Position numbers and translations under genes: made by a program
Shown here: piece by piece, positions 39,028-49,010 of the stretch
Numbering within the stretch: the first letter of the stretch is position 1
How the letters are laid out: each line of letters opens with the position of its first letter
DNA from: Candidatus Gastranaerophilales bacterium
GTDB taxonomy: Bacteria > Cyanobacteriota > Vampirovibrionia > Gastranaerophilales > Gastranaerophilaceae
Assembly (NCBI GenBank): GCA_944322675.1
Contig: CALUPO010000011.1
Location: forward strand, 1,752-65,751
Direction of reading: 5' to 3'
Length of the DNA: 64,000 nt
The notes under the pieces: generated by a model
What the model saw: the letters and a program-made list of their open reading frames with translations, nothing else
Databases searched by the model: none
What the model was told of the DNA's origin: nothing

Positions 39028-39915
39028 TTATTTTATTTGAAAAAGTTCAATATTCTTATAATTTTTGCCATTTTTATCTTGAATATTATATAGACCTATT
39101 GTTAAAACTTTAAATTTTTTTAGTCCAAATTCATCATAAATATCATAAAATTTTTCGTTTGTAATAAATTTTGGAATCAAATTCATATTTAAAATTTTCA
39201 TTAAATATTCCTGATTTATCATATCTTCAGGTTTTAAAGGTTCAATATAACATTTTATTGAAAACATATATTCATCATTTAAAATACTATTTTTAAGCTT
39301 TAATGATAATTCATTAATAGAATCAATGAACTCTTCAATATCATAAAAGGATCTTAGTCTTATAATTAAATATTCACCCATTGTTAAAAAAGTTTTAATA
39401 TTGGCATTATCTATACATTTTCTAATTTTATTAATTATATCAGATTGAAACTTGGAAACCTCAAGTTGTGATAAACTTTCATATATTTGCTCTTCTTCAA
39501 TTTTTACATTTATTTTTATACCTATAACAAATTGATTGTATTTTAAATATTCTTGTCTTAGTTCATTTTTTGCTTTAGTTTGTTCTTTTTGTTCTTGCCT
39601 TTCCTTTATACTAGACACTAATAAATTGATATTATTCATTAAAAGGTTAATAGTTTCAGTAATTTTAGACAAAAGATAAGATAACACCATACAAAATACA
39701 GAAATAATAACTAAAGTCCAATCAACATTCTGAGGGGTATAAAATTTATCTACAAGATTTTTAAATAATATAAAATAAGAACTTAATGTCTCTCCAAAAG
39801 GAATATGTCCAATTATAAATAACCAAACCATTATTGCAAAAAATGCATAAAAATACAAAAAAACCTGAACAAATTCGGAAATAGTATTAAACACTGTTTT
39901 TATCTTATTTATCAT
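39028..39915 (-). CDS. hypothetical membrane protein (2-3 N-terminal TM helices + cytoplasmic domain)
   Basis: 295 aa. Hydrophobic 'VFLYFYAFFAIMVWLFIIG' and 'TLVIISVFCMVLSYLL'. No recognisable catalytic motif. Confidence 0.55.
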   Translation of the reverse strand: MINKIKTVFNTISEFVQVFLYFYAFFAIMVWLFIIGHIPFGETLSSYFILFKNLVDKFYTPQNVDWTLVIISVFCMVLSYLLSKITETINLLMNNINLLVSSIKERQEQKEQTKAKNELRQEYLKYNQFVIGIKINVKIEEEQIYESLSQLEVSKFQSDIINKIRKCIDNANIKTFLTMGEYLIIRLRSFYDIEEFIDSINELSLKLKNSILNDEYMFSIKCYIEPLKPEDMINQEYLMKILNMNLIPKFITNEKFYDIYDEFGLKKFKVLTIGLYNIQDKNGKNYKNIELFQIK

Positions 39916-39956
39916 AATTTAATTCCCTTTTACAAATTTATAAAATTATAAAAATG

Positions 39957-40829
39957 TTAAAATATCATATTATCAATTAATCTTATTTTATTAACTTTTG
40001 CCGCAATGGCAACAATGGTATTTTTTGTAACAATATTAACAGGTTCAAGATTATTAAAATCTAAAAATTCAAAATATTCAATTTCAACTTTATCATCATT
40101 ATTTAACAATATAGCTTCTTCAAATAATATTTTTACATTCACAACACCTTTATCATATAACTCCTTAACTTTATTAAGCATTTTATTTAAAGTTAAAGCT
40201 TTATTATATCCATCTTCATCAAGATACTTATTACGACTTGACAATGCAAGACCATTTTTATCCCGAACAATAGGAACACTTTTTATATCTACATCAAGAT
40301 TTAAATCTTTAACCATTTTTTTTATCAAAAATAATTGCTGGGCATCTTTTTGACCGAAATAAGCTTTTTTAGCCTGTGTTATATTAAATAATTTTAATAC
40401 TACTGTGGCAACACCATCAAAATGACCTACTCTTGACTTACCGCATAATTTATCCACTAAAAGATATGGTGGACACACATAAGTTAAATAATTATTTGAC
40501 AAATGAACATTATCATTTTCATCACTACTTATACCATACATTGTAGCTGCATTTGGAGCAAAAACAACATCAACACCAAGTTCTTCACAAAATATTACAT
40601 CTTCATTTAAAGTTCTGGGGTATTTATTAAAATCCTCACCAGGACCAAATTGAATAGGATTAACAAAAATAGAAACGATAACCTTCTCATTTTGAGTTTT
40701 TTCCGTTATAGCTTTTTTTATTAAAGCACCATGGCCTTCATGAAGTGCCCCCATTGTAGGTACAAGTGATACATTATTATAATCTTTTATAAAATCTTTT
40801 AAATCCGATATTGTTTTTATTACTTCCAT
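39957..40829 (-). CDS. panC: pantoate--beta-alanine ligase
   Basis: 'VPTMGALHEGHGALI' HIGH-type motif, 290 aa. Confidence 0.93.
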   Translation of the reverse strand: MEVIKTISDLKDFIKDYNNVSLVPTMGALHEGHGALIKKAITEKTQNEKVIVSIFVNPIQFGPGEDFNKYPRTLNEDVIFCEELGVDVVFAPNAATMYGISSDENDNVHLSNNYLTYVCPPYLLVDKLCGKSRVGHFDGVATVVLKLFNITQAKKAYFGQKDAQQLFLIKKMVKDLNLDVDIKSVPIVRDKNGLALSSRNKYLDEDGYNKALTLNKMLNKVKELYDKGVVNVKILFEEAILLNNDDKVEIEYFEFLDFNNLEPVNIVTKNTIVAIAAKVNKIRLIDNMIF

Positions 40830-40849
40830 TTAAAACCTCTTTTTGGATA

Positions 40850-41689
40850 TTACTTATTATCATATAATAATTTATTTGAAATTTCTTCACTTAAATGAAA
40901 ACAATAACTTTCGCATGGAAAATTTTCACTCTTAACTTCAGTATTATATTCTTTTATAGCTAAAACCATTGTTTCATATATATTGGCATATCTTTTTGCA
41001 AACTTAGGTGTAAAATCACAATAACGTCCAAGCAGATCATCAATAACCAAAACCTGTCCTGAACAAGCACTGCCCGCACCAATACCAATTGTTGGTATAG
41101 TTATATTTTTAGTAATATAACTTGCACTTTCTTGAGGCACCATTTCTAAAACCACACCAAACACACCTGCTTCTTCAAGCTTTTTTGCATCCTCAAGCAT
41201 CTTCATCGTTTTGTCGTATGTTTTTCCTTGAATTTTAAAACCACCAAATGTATTTATATATTGCGGAGTAAAACCCAGATGTCCCATAACTAAAATACCA
41301 TTATCCGTTAATATTTTTATTTCTTCTATTATTTTATCATTTGCCCCTTCAATTTTAACAGCCTGTGCACCTGCTTTAATTAAAACACCTGCATTCTTTA
41401 ATGTTTCTGATGCACACACACCACAACTTAAAAACGGCATATCACTAACAATAAAGCTTTGAGTTGCACCTCGATATACGGCTTTTGTAAATATTTCCAT
41501 TTCATTTAAAGTCACATTTATTGTATTTTCATATCCCAACATCACCATTCCAAGAGAATCACCAACAAGTATCATATCAACTTGTGCTTCTTCAGCTGCT
41601 TTTGCTGTTGAATAATCATAAGATGTCACCATGCTTATTTTTTTATTTTCTTGATATAACTTTAATATACCAGCAATTGTTTTTTTCAT
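40850..41689 (-). CDS. panB: 3-methyl-2-oxobutanoate hydroxymethyltransferase
   Basis: 'MVTSYDYSTAKAAEEAQVDMILVGDSLGMV', 279 aa. Confidence 0.93.
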   Translation of the reverse strand: MKKTIAGILKLYQENKKISMVTSYDYSTAKAAEEAQVDMILVGDSLGMVMLGYENTINVTLNEMEIFTKAVYRGATQSFIVSDMPFLSCGVCASETLKNAGVLIKAGAQAVKIEGANDKIIEEIKILTDNGILVMGHLGFTPQYINTFGGFKIQGKTYDKTMKMLEDAKKLEEAGVFGVVLEMVPQESASYITKNITIPTIGIGAGSACSGQVLVIDDLLGRYCDFTPKFAKRYANIYETMVLAIKEYNTEVKSENFPCESYCFHLSEEISNKLLYDNK

Positions 41690-41717
41690 GATATTAACAT
41701 TTTCTCCAAAATAATTT

Positions 41718-43046
41718 TTAATCCGATTTTAACATTTTTTTATACCAATAATAAATAGCACGTGCAAGTCTATTTGGGGAATGCCGGACAAGTGTTGTTG
41801 TGTTATCTTCAAGTAATTTTCTTTTAACAATTTCAATATTCATAGCTTTTACATTTTCTTCATCTAAATCAACAGGGTAGGAATTTGATTTTTTATAATC
41901 TTCCACTAATGTTTGATTTAAAGTATCATTAATTAAAACAGCATCAATTAGATTTTTATTAACATTTGCATGTGCATTAATAGTTTTAATATGATCAGAA
42001 ACCGTAAACCCATCAGTTTCACCTGGCTGTGTCATTATATTACAAATATATATTTTTTTTGCTTTAGATTTTGCAATTGCATTTGCTATATCTTTAATTA
42101 ATAAATTTGGAATAACACTTGTATATAAACTTCCCGGCCCTAAAATAATTAATTCTGCATCCTCAATTGCCACAATAACATCTTTTAAAGCACGACAATT
42201 TATAGGGTCGGTGTATATTTTTTCTATTTTACCTTTTGCTTCAGGAATATTTGACTCACCGCAAACAATTTCACCTGTATCCATCTTAGCAACAAGTTTC
42301 ATATCATCAAGTGTTGAAGGTAAGACCCTTCCACGAATAGACAAAACTTTTGATGATTCCATAACCGCATTAACCATATCACCTGTAATGGAACACAAAG
42401 CCGACAGAAATAAATTACCAAAACTATGTCCTTCTAAACCTTCACCTGTTTTAAACCTATATTGGAATAACTTGGTAACAAGATCCTCATCATCTGCAAG
42501 GGCTGCTATACAATTTCGAATATCACCAGGGGGTAAAACACCAAGTTCATGACGTAACCTTCCGCTTGAACCTCCATCATCTCCAACTGTTACAACGGCT
42601 GTTATATTATTAGTTAAATTTTTTAACCCTTTTAATAAAGTTGATAAACCAGTTCCTCCACCAATAGCAACTATTTTAGGACCACGATTTAACATTCGCC
42701 TTCTATACAAATACTCAAGAACTTCATGACGCTTTCTGCTATCTGATGCTCCAAGTAAAGAATAATTGGCATATATCCAACCTTTAATAAATAAAAACAC
42801 GCCAAATAATATACAAACTACCCCTATTATTTCACTTGAAAAATTTTGAAACAACTTTATCATAAGTGTCATTAAAAAATACACAGGACGCAAATTCATT
42901 AATATTAAAATACCAATAATTATTGCACCTGTTCCAAAAAATATTAAAGCAAACCAACGTTTCACCTGAAGCCCTGGAAGCAGCCATAACATATCCTTTG
43001 GAGTTTTTATATGAGTTTTTATATATTTCTCAATAAATTTTTTCAT
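41718..43046 (-). CDS. YvcK/CofD-family (gluconeogenesis factor-like) protein with N-terminal membrane anchor
   Basis: 'IVAIGGGTGLSTLLKGLK' and 'VGDDGGSSGRLR'. About 100 N-terminal aa with 3 hydrophobic helices. ATG (MKKFIEKY) chosen so as not to overlap pxpA. Confidence 0.8.
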   Translation of the reverse strand: MKKFIEKYIKTHIKTPKDMLWLLPGLQVKRWFALIFFGTGAIIIGILILMNLRPVYFLMTLMIKLFQNFSSEIIGVVCILFGVFLFIKGWIYANYSLLGASDSRKRHEVLEYLYRRRMLNRGPKIVAIGGGTGLSTLLKGLKNLTNNITAVVTVGDDGGSSGRLRHELGVLPPGDIRNCIAALADDEDLVTKLFQYRFKTGEGLEGHSFGNLFLSALCSITGDMVNAVMESSKVLSIRGRVLPSTLDDMKLVAKMDTGEIVCGESNIPEAKGKIEKIYTDPINCRALKDVIVAIEDAELIILGPGSLYTSVIPNLLIKDIANAIAKSKAKKIYICNIMTQPGETDGFTVSDHIKTINAHANVNKNLIDAVLINDTLNQTLVEDYKKSNSYPVDLDEENVKAMNIEIVKRKLLEDNTTTLVRHSPNRLARAIYYWYKKMLKSD

Positions 43047-43056
43047 AATACTTTTT

Positions 43057-43836
43057 TTATATCCATCCTGAATTTTCAACTTTGTTATAATTAACAGGTT
43101 TTGGCTTGACAAGACTATTTGCAATTTGTAATGCTTTTAAACTTTTAAAATGTATAGTATCACACTTTAAAGGTATAAAATCATTATTTATATTATGAAT
43201 TTTTCCATATTGCAAATAAGCTTTAATTCTATGCTCCATTTTATCTTCATTAATGTTTTCGTTAACTATATTTAAATTTTCATCATAGACTTTTTCAATA
43301 TTTAACTCAAAAGCTGTATTAATACTAAGTTCACTTGAAATTTTAGATAAAGTTTCATTATTACCGCCATATATAATCAACCATGGATCTGATTTTTTTA
43401 CAGCTTTTGCAAGGTTTAAAGCAAAATCAACATTATCATTCATCATTTGATACATAGCACCATGAAACCTGACAAATTCAACTTCAATACCATAAATTTT
43501 TGCAAAACTTTGTAAGGCACCTATTTGATAAATAACAACAGCTTCAAGTTCTTCATCATCTAAGTTCATTTCACGATACCCAAACCCTTGAATATCCGGA
43601 AAACCTACATGAGCCCCCACACATAAATTTTTTTCTTTAGCAAGTTTTAACGATTTTTGTATTTTTACAGGATCACCACTATGGAAACCGCATGAAATAC
43701 TAAGCGAACTTACATAGTCATATAATTTATACTCGTTATCATCTTTTTGATAAACACCAAAACTTTGTGCAGCATCACAATTATAATCTATTAACTTAAC
43801 TTTATATTGCTGTTGATTTGTTTTTATCTCTTCCAA
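43057..43836 (-). CDS. pxpA: LamB/YcsF family protein (5-oxoprolinase subunit A-like)
   Basis: 'DYNCDAAQSFG' and 'SCGFHSGDP' motifs, 259 aa. No pxpB/C in the window. Confidence 0.8.
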   Translation of the reverse strand: MEEIKTNQQQYKVKLIDYNCDAAQSFGVYQKDDNEYKLYDYVSSLSISCGFHSGDPVKIQKSLKLAKEKNLCVGAHVGFPDIQGFGYREMNLDDEELEAVVIYQIGALQSFAKIYGIEVEFVRFHGAMYQMMNDNVDFALNLAKAVKKSDPWLIIYGGNNETLSKISSELSINTAFELNIEKVYDENLNIVNENINEDKMEHRIKAYLQYGKIHNINNDFIPLKCDTIHFKSLKALQIANSLVKPKPVNYNKVENSGWI

Positions 43837-43920
43837 TTTATTTATTCCCGATATTTAACCTTCTTATTTATATTAATTATACGTCACACAAAAATATGCG
43901 TCTATATATTTAAACAAATT

Positions 43921-44745
43921 TTAATTATTTTTTATTTCTACTCCATAATCTCTTAATTTTTCAATTTGACTATGAATATTACTTGAACCATAAACATTAT
44001 TTCTTATTTTATTACAAATATTACCAATTTTTTTTACTTCATTTATAAGTGTATAAAATTCATTTCCCAAATTTGAAGATATTGAAACTATTTCACTTAT
44101 GTTTTCATTTTGTTTTAATTTCAAATTAAAAGATTTAATTATTTTTAAAATACAAATTAAAGACACAGGTGAAACAATAATTATATTTTTATTTATTGCA
44201 AAATCAAATAGTTCATTATCATTATCAAAAATAAGTTCATACATACTTTCAACAGGTATAAACATTAAAGTAAATCCACAAGTATCATCCACATTTTGAA
44301 TTTTATGATATTCCTTAACACTTAAGTTATTTATCTGCAACTTAATAGCTGCTTTTAATTGTTTTAATTTCTTTTCTTTATTTTTTGTATCATTAGCATC
44401 TAAATACTCCTTATAATGTTTTAAATTAGTCTTTGAATCAATAAAAACACATCTTGAATCATCTAATTTTATAACAACATCAGGTCTTTTATCGTCAAAT
44501 TGTTTTTGAATAAAATATTCCCTATCCTTTTTTAAACCTGCAGATGACAATATATTTTCCAGGATATATTCGCCAAAAACACCTGCATTTTGATTGTTGG
44601 AAAATAAAAAGTGCTTATTATAATTATTTAAAACCCTATTAAAAGTACTTTCAATATTATTAGTATCATTTTTAACTAACTTTAAGATTATCAAAATAAT
44701 TATAATACCTGATATAAATCCTAAAACAAAATAAACACATTCCAA
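43921..44745 (-). CDS. rmuC: RmuC-family DNA recombination protein (short form, N-terminal TM helix)
   Basis: 'KRPDVVIKLDDSRCVFIDSKT' and 'MFIPVESMY' nuclease-core pattern, 274 aa. Confidence 0.7.
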   Translation of the reverse strand: MECVYFVLGFISGIIIILIILKLVKNDTNNIESTFNRVLNNYNKHFLFSNNQNAGVFGEYILENILSSAGLKKDREYFIQKQFDDKRPDVVIKLDDSRCVFIDSKTNLKHYKEYLDANDTKNKEKKLKQLKAAIKLQINNLSVKEYHKIQNVDDTCGFTLMFIPVESMYELIFDNDNELFDFAINKNIIIVSPVSLICILKIIKSFNLKLKQNENISEIVSISSNLGNEFYTLINEVKKIGNICNKIRNNVYGSSNIHSQIEKLRDYGVEIKNN

Positions 44746-44871
44746 AAAAGCTTTCTCCTCATAATTTATATTTATTTAATATTAACATTTGTTAAGTTTT
44801 TTGTAAAATAAGTAAATTTTATTAAATTATTTGTTTTTTATAATGTGTAAGTATAAAAGAAGGAAAATAAT

Positions 44872-45312
44872 ATGACAGCAATACAACCAAACTTAATATC
44901 AACACCTTTGACTATTAACAAAGTAAATCCTGAAAAAATAGAAACAAAAAATCTAAAATCACCTGAAATTACAAATAAAGTAACTTCAGAAATACAGGAT
45001 ATTGAAGAAAAAATAAGTGCAAAAATATTTTTAATTTCATCCTGGCAATATAATATATCATCCATGCAAAATGAATTAAACTCTGGAAGAATATCAACAA
45101 GTCAAGCACGTATACTAAACAATATAATTAATGACTTAACTCAAAAAGTTAAAGCTGCACAAGATGAACTAAAAGAATTAAATTCAAAACTTGAAGAAAA
45201 AAAACATAGTGCATCACAAGATCAAACAACACAAAACCAGGCTGATAAATCACAACAGCTTGCATATCAGACAATAAACATAAAACCAGCAATTCCAAAA
45301 CAAACAAATTAG
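44872..45312 (+). CDS. hypothetical coiled-coil protein (146 aa)
   Basis: ATG after GAAGGA. Gln/Lys-rich, with no recognisable domain. Confidence 0.5.
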   Translation: MTAIQPNLISTPLTINKVNPEKIETKNLKSPEITNKVTSEIQDIEEKISAKIFLISSWQYNISSMQNELNSGRISTSQARILNNIINDLTQKVKAAQDELKELNSKLEEKKHSASQDQTTQNQADKSQQLAYQTINIKPAIPKQTN

Positions 45313-45328
45313 AAGGTAATTTAACAAC

Positions 45329-45359
45329 AAAAAAGGCTTTTTTGAAAAAGCCTTTTTTT
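45329..45359. terminator. bidirectional Rho-independent terminator
   Basis: aaaaaaggctttttt g aaaaaagcctttttt type hairpin with A-run and T-run flanks, between convergent genes. Confidence 0.75.
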
Positions 45360-45383
45360 AATAAATACTATTAAAAATAAAAT

Positions 45384-46466
45384 TTACTCTTTAAAATCAG
45401 CATCAATAACATTTGTAACATTTCCATAAGTTTTAGATGTTTTCTTTCCTGCTTCTTCACATTCAATTTGTTTATTAATAATAATAGTTTGAATAACCTG
45501 AATAATATTACTTGCAATTAAATAAAGTAAAACACCAGCCGGAATTGGAATAAATACAAATGTTGCAGTTAACATAATAGGCATCATCGTTCCCATTGAC
45601 TTTTGAATAGCTTCCTGCTGCGGGTCAAGTTTTTGGTTTTTATTAGAAGCCATCATTATTTTTTGTGCAATATACATTGTCAAACCAAATATAACAATTA
45701 ATATTAAGACATCCATATGAAAATTAGTTTTTGAAATAACTGTAGGTACTTGAGCTTTAAGGATATCTCCATCACGTGTAAAAGTAACATTTTCAACTTC
45801 ACGAGTTGTTGAATCGGTTATTACCGTTTCAATTTTATTAACTTTTTCAAGTTGAGAATATTTTAAATCCAATTCATCCAAACTTATTTTAAAATCAACA
45901 GTTTCACCCGGAATCACATCACCTTGAACTTTTAATGCTTTTTTAGAATTAAATTTAACATCATTTAATACCGTACCGTCATTTAAATACACAATTGCCG
46001 TTTTAGCAGTATTAAAATAAGCATTTTTTGATGACGCAAAACTTCCATCATAAGGAACACCAGCATTGCCACGAAGTGTAGCATCAAGTCTATTAATAAA
46101 TAAAAATTTTGAATCACCTGCCATTTGTATAAATTGAGGGCTCATTAATGCCGAATATAATAGTATAAAAACAGGTAATTGAATTAACATAGGTAAACAC
46201 CCTGCCATCGGATTAAATTTATGCTCTTTATAAAACTCCATCATTTTTCTTTGAAGCATTTGAGGATCTGATTTATATCTATCCTGAAGGGCTTTCAATT
46301 TAGGCTGCAATTTTTGCATTGCACGCATCGAACGTTGTTGTGACACTCCTAAAGGCCACAATAAAAGTCGTATTATTATAGTTAAAATAATTATACCAAA
46401 ACCATAACTGCCAACAAAATTACTTAGCATCTTCAAAAAATTTATCGTTAATGTAACAAAATCCAT
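45384..46466 (-). CDS. yidC: membrane protein insertase YidC (short N-terminus, large insertion in the loop after TM3)
   Basis: 'IIRLLLWPL', C1 hairpin 'MQKLQPKLKALQDRYKSDPQMLQRKMMEFYKEHKFNPMAGCLPMLIQLP', 'FLFINRLDA'. Confidence 0.9.
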   Translation of the reverse strand: MDFVTLTINFLKMLSNFVGSYGFGIIILTIIIRLLLWPLGVSQQRSMRAMQKLQPKLKALQDRYKSDPQMLQRKMMEFYKEHKFNPMAGCLPMLIQLPVFILLYSALMSPQFIQMAGDSKFLFINRLDATLRGNAGVPYDGSFASSKNAYFNTAKTAIVYLNDGTVLNDVKFNSKKALKVQGDVIPGETVDFKISLDELDLKYSQLEKVNKIETVITDSTTREVENVTFTRDGDILKAQVPTVISKTNFHMDVLILIVIFGLTMYIAQKIMMASNKNQKLDPQQEAIQKSMGTMMPIMLTATFVFIPIPAGVLLYLIASNIIQVIQTIIINKQIECEEAGKKTSKTYGNVTNVIDADFKE

Positions 46467-46484
46467 AATATTTTATTCCTCTCT

Positions 46485-47891
46485 TTATTTTATAAATTCC
46501 AAATTTTCAACACTATATCCGGCATTTTCATTAATATTCTTTTGCTTCACACCATGAGTTGTTTTTCCCCATTCCATAGTTTTCTTACCAAATAAAATTT
46601 TAAAAACGATAAACAAAACAAGTGGAAACCATACGGCTATAAAATAAATACTTGTTTCCAAACCTTGCTTTATTGTTTGAAAACGACTTAGTTTATTATA
46701 ACGTCGAATGCTATATGTTATACCTATCATATAAAATACACAAATCACTCCACCCAGTATAATAGAAGCCGGAAATGTGTTTGAATAATGAAGCAAACTA
46801 CGTCCCATTTGGAGCAAAAACTCAGAAACAGCCATAAATGGCAAGATTACCTCAGTTAAATATGCAATTAAATCAACACCTGTTCTAATTGACATATCTT
46901 TTGAGAATAATATTGGACGTATATTTTCCAAATATCTGCGAATTGACCCCTCAACCCAACGCCTGCGCTGCCTATATAAAGCAAAAATATTAGAAATACC
47001 TTCTTCATAAACACAAATACCAGGACAAAAACGAATATCCCAACCTTTTATTTGAAGTCTTGTGGACATATCCAAATCATCTGTAATTGTATAATTATTC
47101 CAACCATTAATATCTTCAAGAGCTTTCCTTTTTATTAATTCACCGTTACCACGAAGTTCAACAGCACCTTTAACAGCATCCCGTCCCACTTGAAAGTGAG
47201 TGTCAAGAGCATATTCATTATCCTGGCACCTTGTTAAGAAGTTTTCTTCACGATTAATTATTACCTTTCTTGCTTGAACTGCTCCTATATCATGAGGTTC
47301 CAAAAATGGTACAAGTTTACAAAGAAAATCACGCTCAATATAAGCATCGGCATCAAATACTAAAATTGCATCGCCTTTTGCATAATTCATAGCTTCATTT
47401 AATACAATGGACTTGCCCGGAAAAGCATCTTTTTCACGTATTAATACCTTTACATTGTCATATTTTTTTTCTAACTCAATTAAAACCGAAGCAGTATTAT
47501 CATCACTTCTATCATCAATAACTATAACTTCATAGTTAGGATATTCAATTTTTAAAACATTTTCAACAGTGTCCTTTATGACATTTTGTTCATTATGACA
47601 TGGAATCATAATACTTACAAAAGGTTTATAATTTTCATTCAAAATAACTGGATGTTTTTTAGCTTTACGTTTTTTATATTTATAAGCTGCCTGCATATAC
47701 AATGCATATAATGTCATGATTATTAACAAACTTAAAACAGCGTAAAAACTCGAAAGCCTATTTTGAAATATATCTAAAAAAAGCCACACACCAAGTACAA
47801 TAACAAGCAGAGCCACACGTTCGGTTACACCTTGTAAACCCTCTTTTATTTCTTTTAAACTTTTCTTAACTTCAATTAATTTTTTTATCAT
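46485..47891 (-). CDS. processive family-2 glycosyltransferase (PgaC/IcaA/NodC-like polysaccharide synthase)
   Basis: 'VIVIDDRSDDNT', 'VFDADAYI', 'ITDDLDMSTRL' and 'RQRRRWVEG' (QxxRW), with flanking TM helices. Confidence 0.85.
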   Translation of the reverse strand: MIKKLIEVKKSLKEIKEGLQGVTERVALLVIVLGVWLFLDIFQNRLSSFYAVLSLLIIMTLYALYMQAAYKYKKRKAKKHPVILNENYKPFVSIMIPCHNEQNVIKDTVENVLKIEYPNYEVIVIDDRSDDNTASVLIELEKKYDNVKVLIREKDAFPGKSIVLNEAMNYAKGDAILVFDADAYIERDFLCKLVPFLEPHDIGAVQARKVIINREENFLTRCQDNEYALDTHFQVGRDAVKGAVELRGNGELIKRKALEDINGWNNYTITDDLDMSTRLQIKGWDIRFCPGICVYEEGISNIFALYRQRRRWVEGSIRRYLENIRPILFSKDMSIRTGVDLIAYLTEVILPFMAVSEFLLQMGRSLLHYSNTFPASIILGGVICVFYMIGITYSIRRYNKLSRFQTIKQGLETSIYFIAVWFPLVLFIVFKILFGKKTMEWGKTTHGVKQKNINENAGYSVENLEFIK

Positions 47892-48018
47892 AATTTATAT
47901 TTTATCAAAAATAAATTTATTTTAGTTCTATGTTACATTTTGTAAATTTTTAATAAAAACACATAAATAGCTTTATTATTTAGGCTTTATTATTGTAGAA
48001 TATATATAAAAGAATATA

Positions 48019-48894
48019 ATGATTGATAATGATTACGTAAAAAACACCATAATAAATAGTAAGTATGGCTATAAACGTTCTTCTAATTTAACATTGCCAG
48101 TTATACAAAATTATGATTTATCAAATACAATAAACACTGTTTTTAATTGTACCTATCCTATGACAAATCTTATTAACCATAATGAGTTACTAAATATTGT
48201 TGGAGATATATCAGACGTTAATTTTGATACTCTTCAAATATTTAAAACAAAAAATGAATATTTAAAGATAGAAGGCACTAATAAAAAACAAACACAAGCA
48301 TTAAAAAAAATATTTAAAAAAATTCCCGGATTGATAAACACAATAGGAAGAACACAACAAGGTCATTGTTATACTGTCGATAAACATATCCTTGCTGTTA
48401 CCAAAAGTGTCTATAATGATCCCGAATTTAAAGAACTGAATAATCACGACAAAAAATTATTACTTACAGCAGCTTTAATGCATGACATTCAAAAAAATGA
48501 AGGAGGACGAGATACTTATCATCCCCAAAAAGGTGCAAAATTTGCTTATCAGGAACTAGGCAAACTTCCTGAATATAATGAGGAGGATCGTACAACAATA
48601 TCAAATTTAATATATAACCATCATTTTAACGCTAATATAAAAGATGATGCAGAAGAAATAGCAAAATTATGTGCAAAAGAAAAAGAACCGGATAAATTTT
48701 TAAAAATGCTTAAAATTTTAGGTAAAGCTGACTTAAACGGCAATCCAAGAATTTTAATAACGCATCCCGAATTTTTAACAAAGATTGAAAATACAAGTAT
48801 ACCAATACTCAAAAATATAATTGAAAATTTAAACCAATATGAAGAAACAATGAAAAATCAACTATTAAACACTCCTTTTCCCTTTATTTCATAA
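48019..48894 (+). CDS. HD-domain protein (metal-dependent phosphohydrolase), function unknown
   Basis: 'HCYTVDKHIL' and 'AALMHDIQK' HD motif, 291 aa. Confidence 0.7.
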   Translation: MIDNDYVKNTIINSKYGYKRSSNLTLPVIQNYDLSNTINTVFNCTYPMTNLINHNELLNIVGDISDVNFDTLQIFKTKNEYLKIEGTNKKQTQALKKIFKKIPGLINTIGRTQQGHCYTVDKHILAVTKSVYNDPEFKELNNHDKKLLLTAALMHDIQKNEGGRDTYHPQKGAKFAYQELGKLPEYNEEDRTTISNLIYNHHFNANIKDDAEEIAKLCAKEKEPDKFLKMLKILGKADLNGNPRILITHPEFLTKIENTSIPILKNIIENLNQYEETMKNQLLNTPFPFIS

Positions 48895-48918
48895 GAATAA
48901 TAAATTAATAATAAATTT

Positions 48919-48954
48919 AAAACAATCAATACATATATGTATTGATTGTTTTAT
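48919..48954 (+). terminator. Rho-independent terminator
   Basis: Near-perfect palindrome aacaatcaatacat/atgtattgattgtt followed by TTTT. Confidence 0.65.
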
Positions 48955-49010
48955 AAAAAAACATTATAATTTGAATGTATTATGGAAAAATTTAGATATA
49001 GGAGAAAAAA

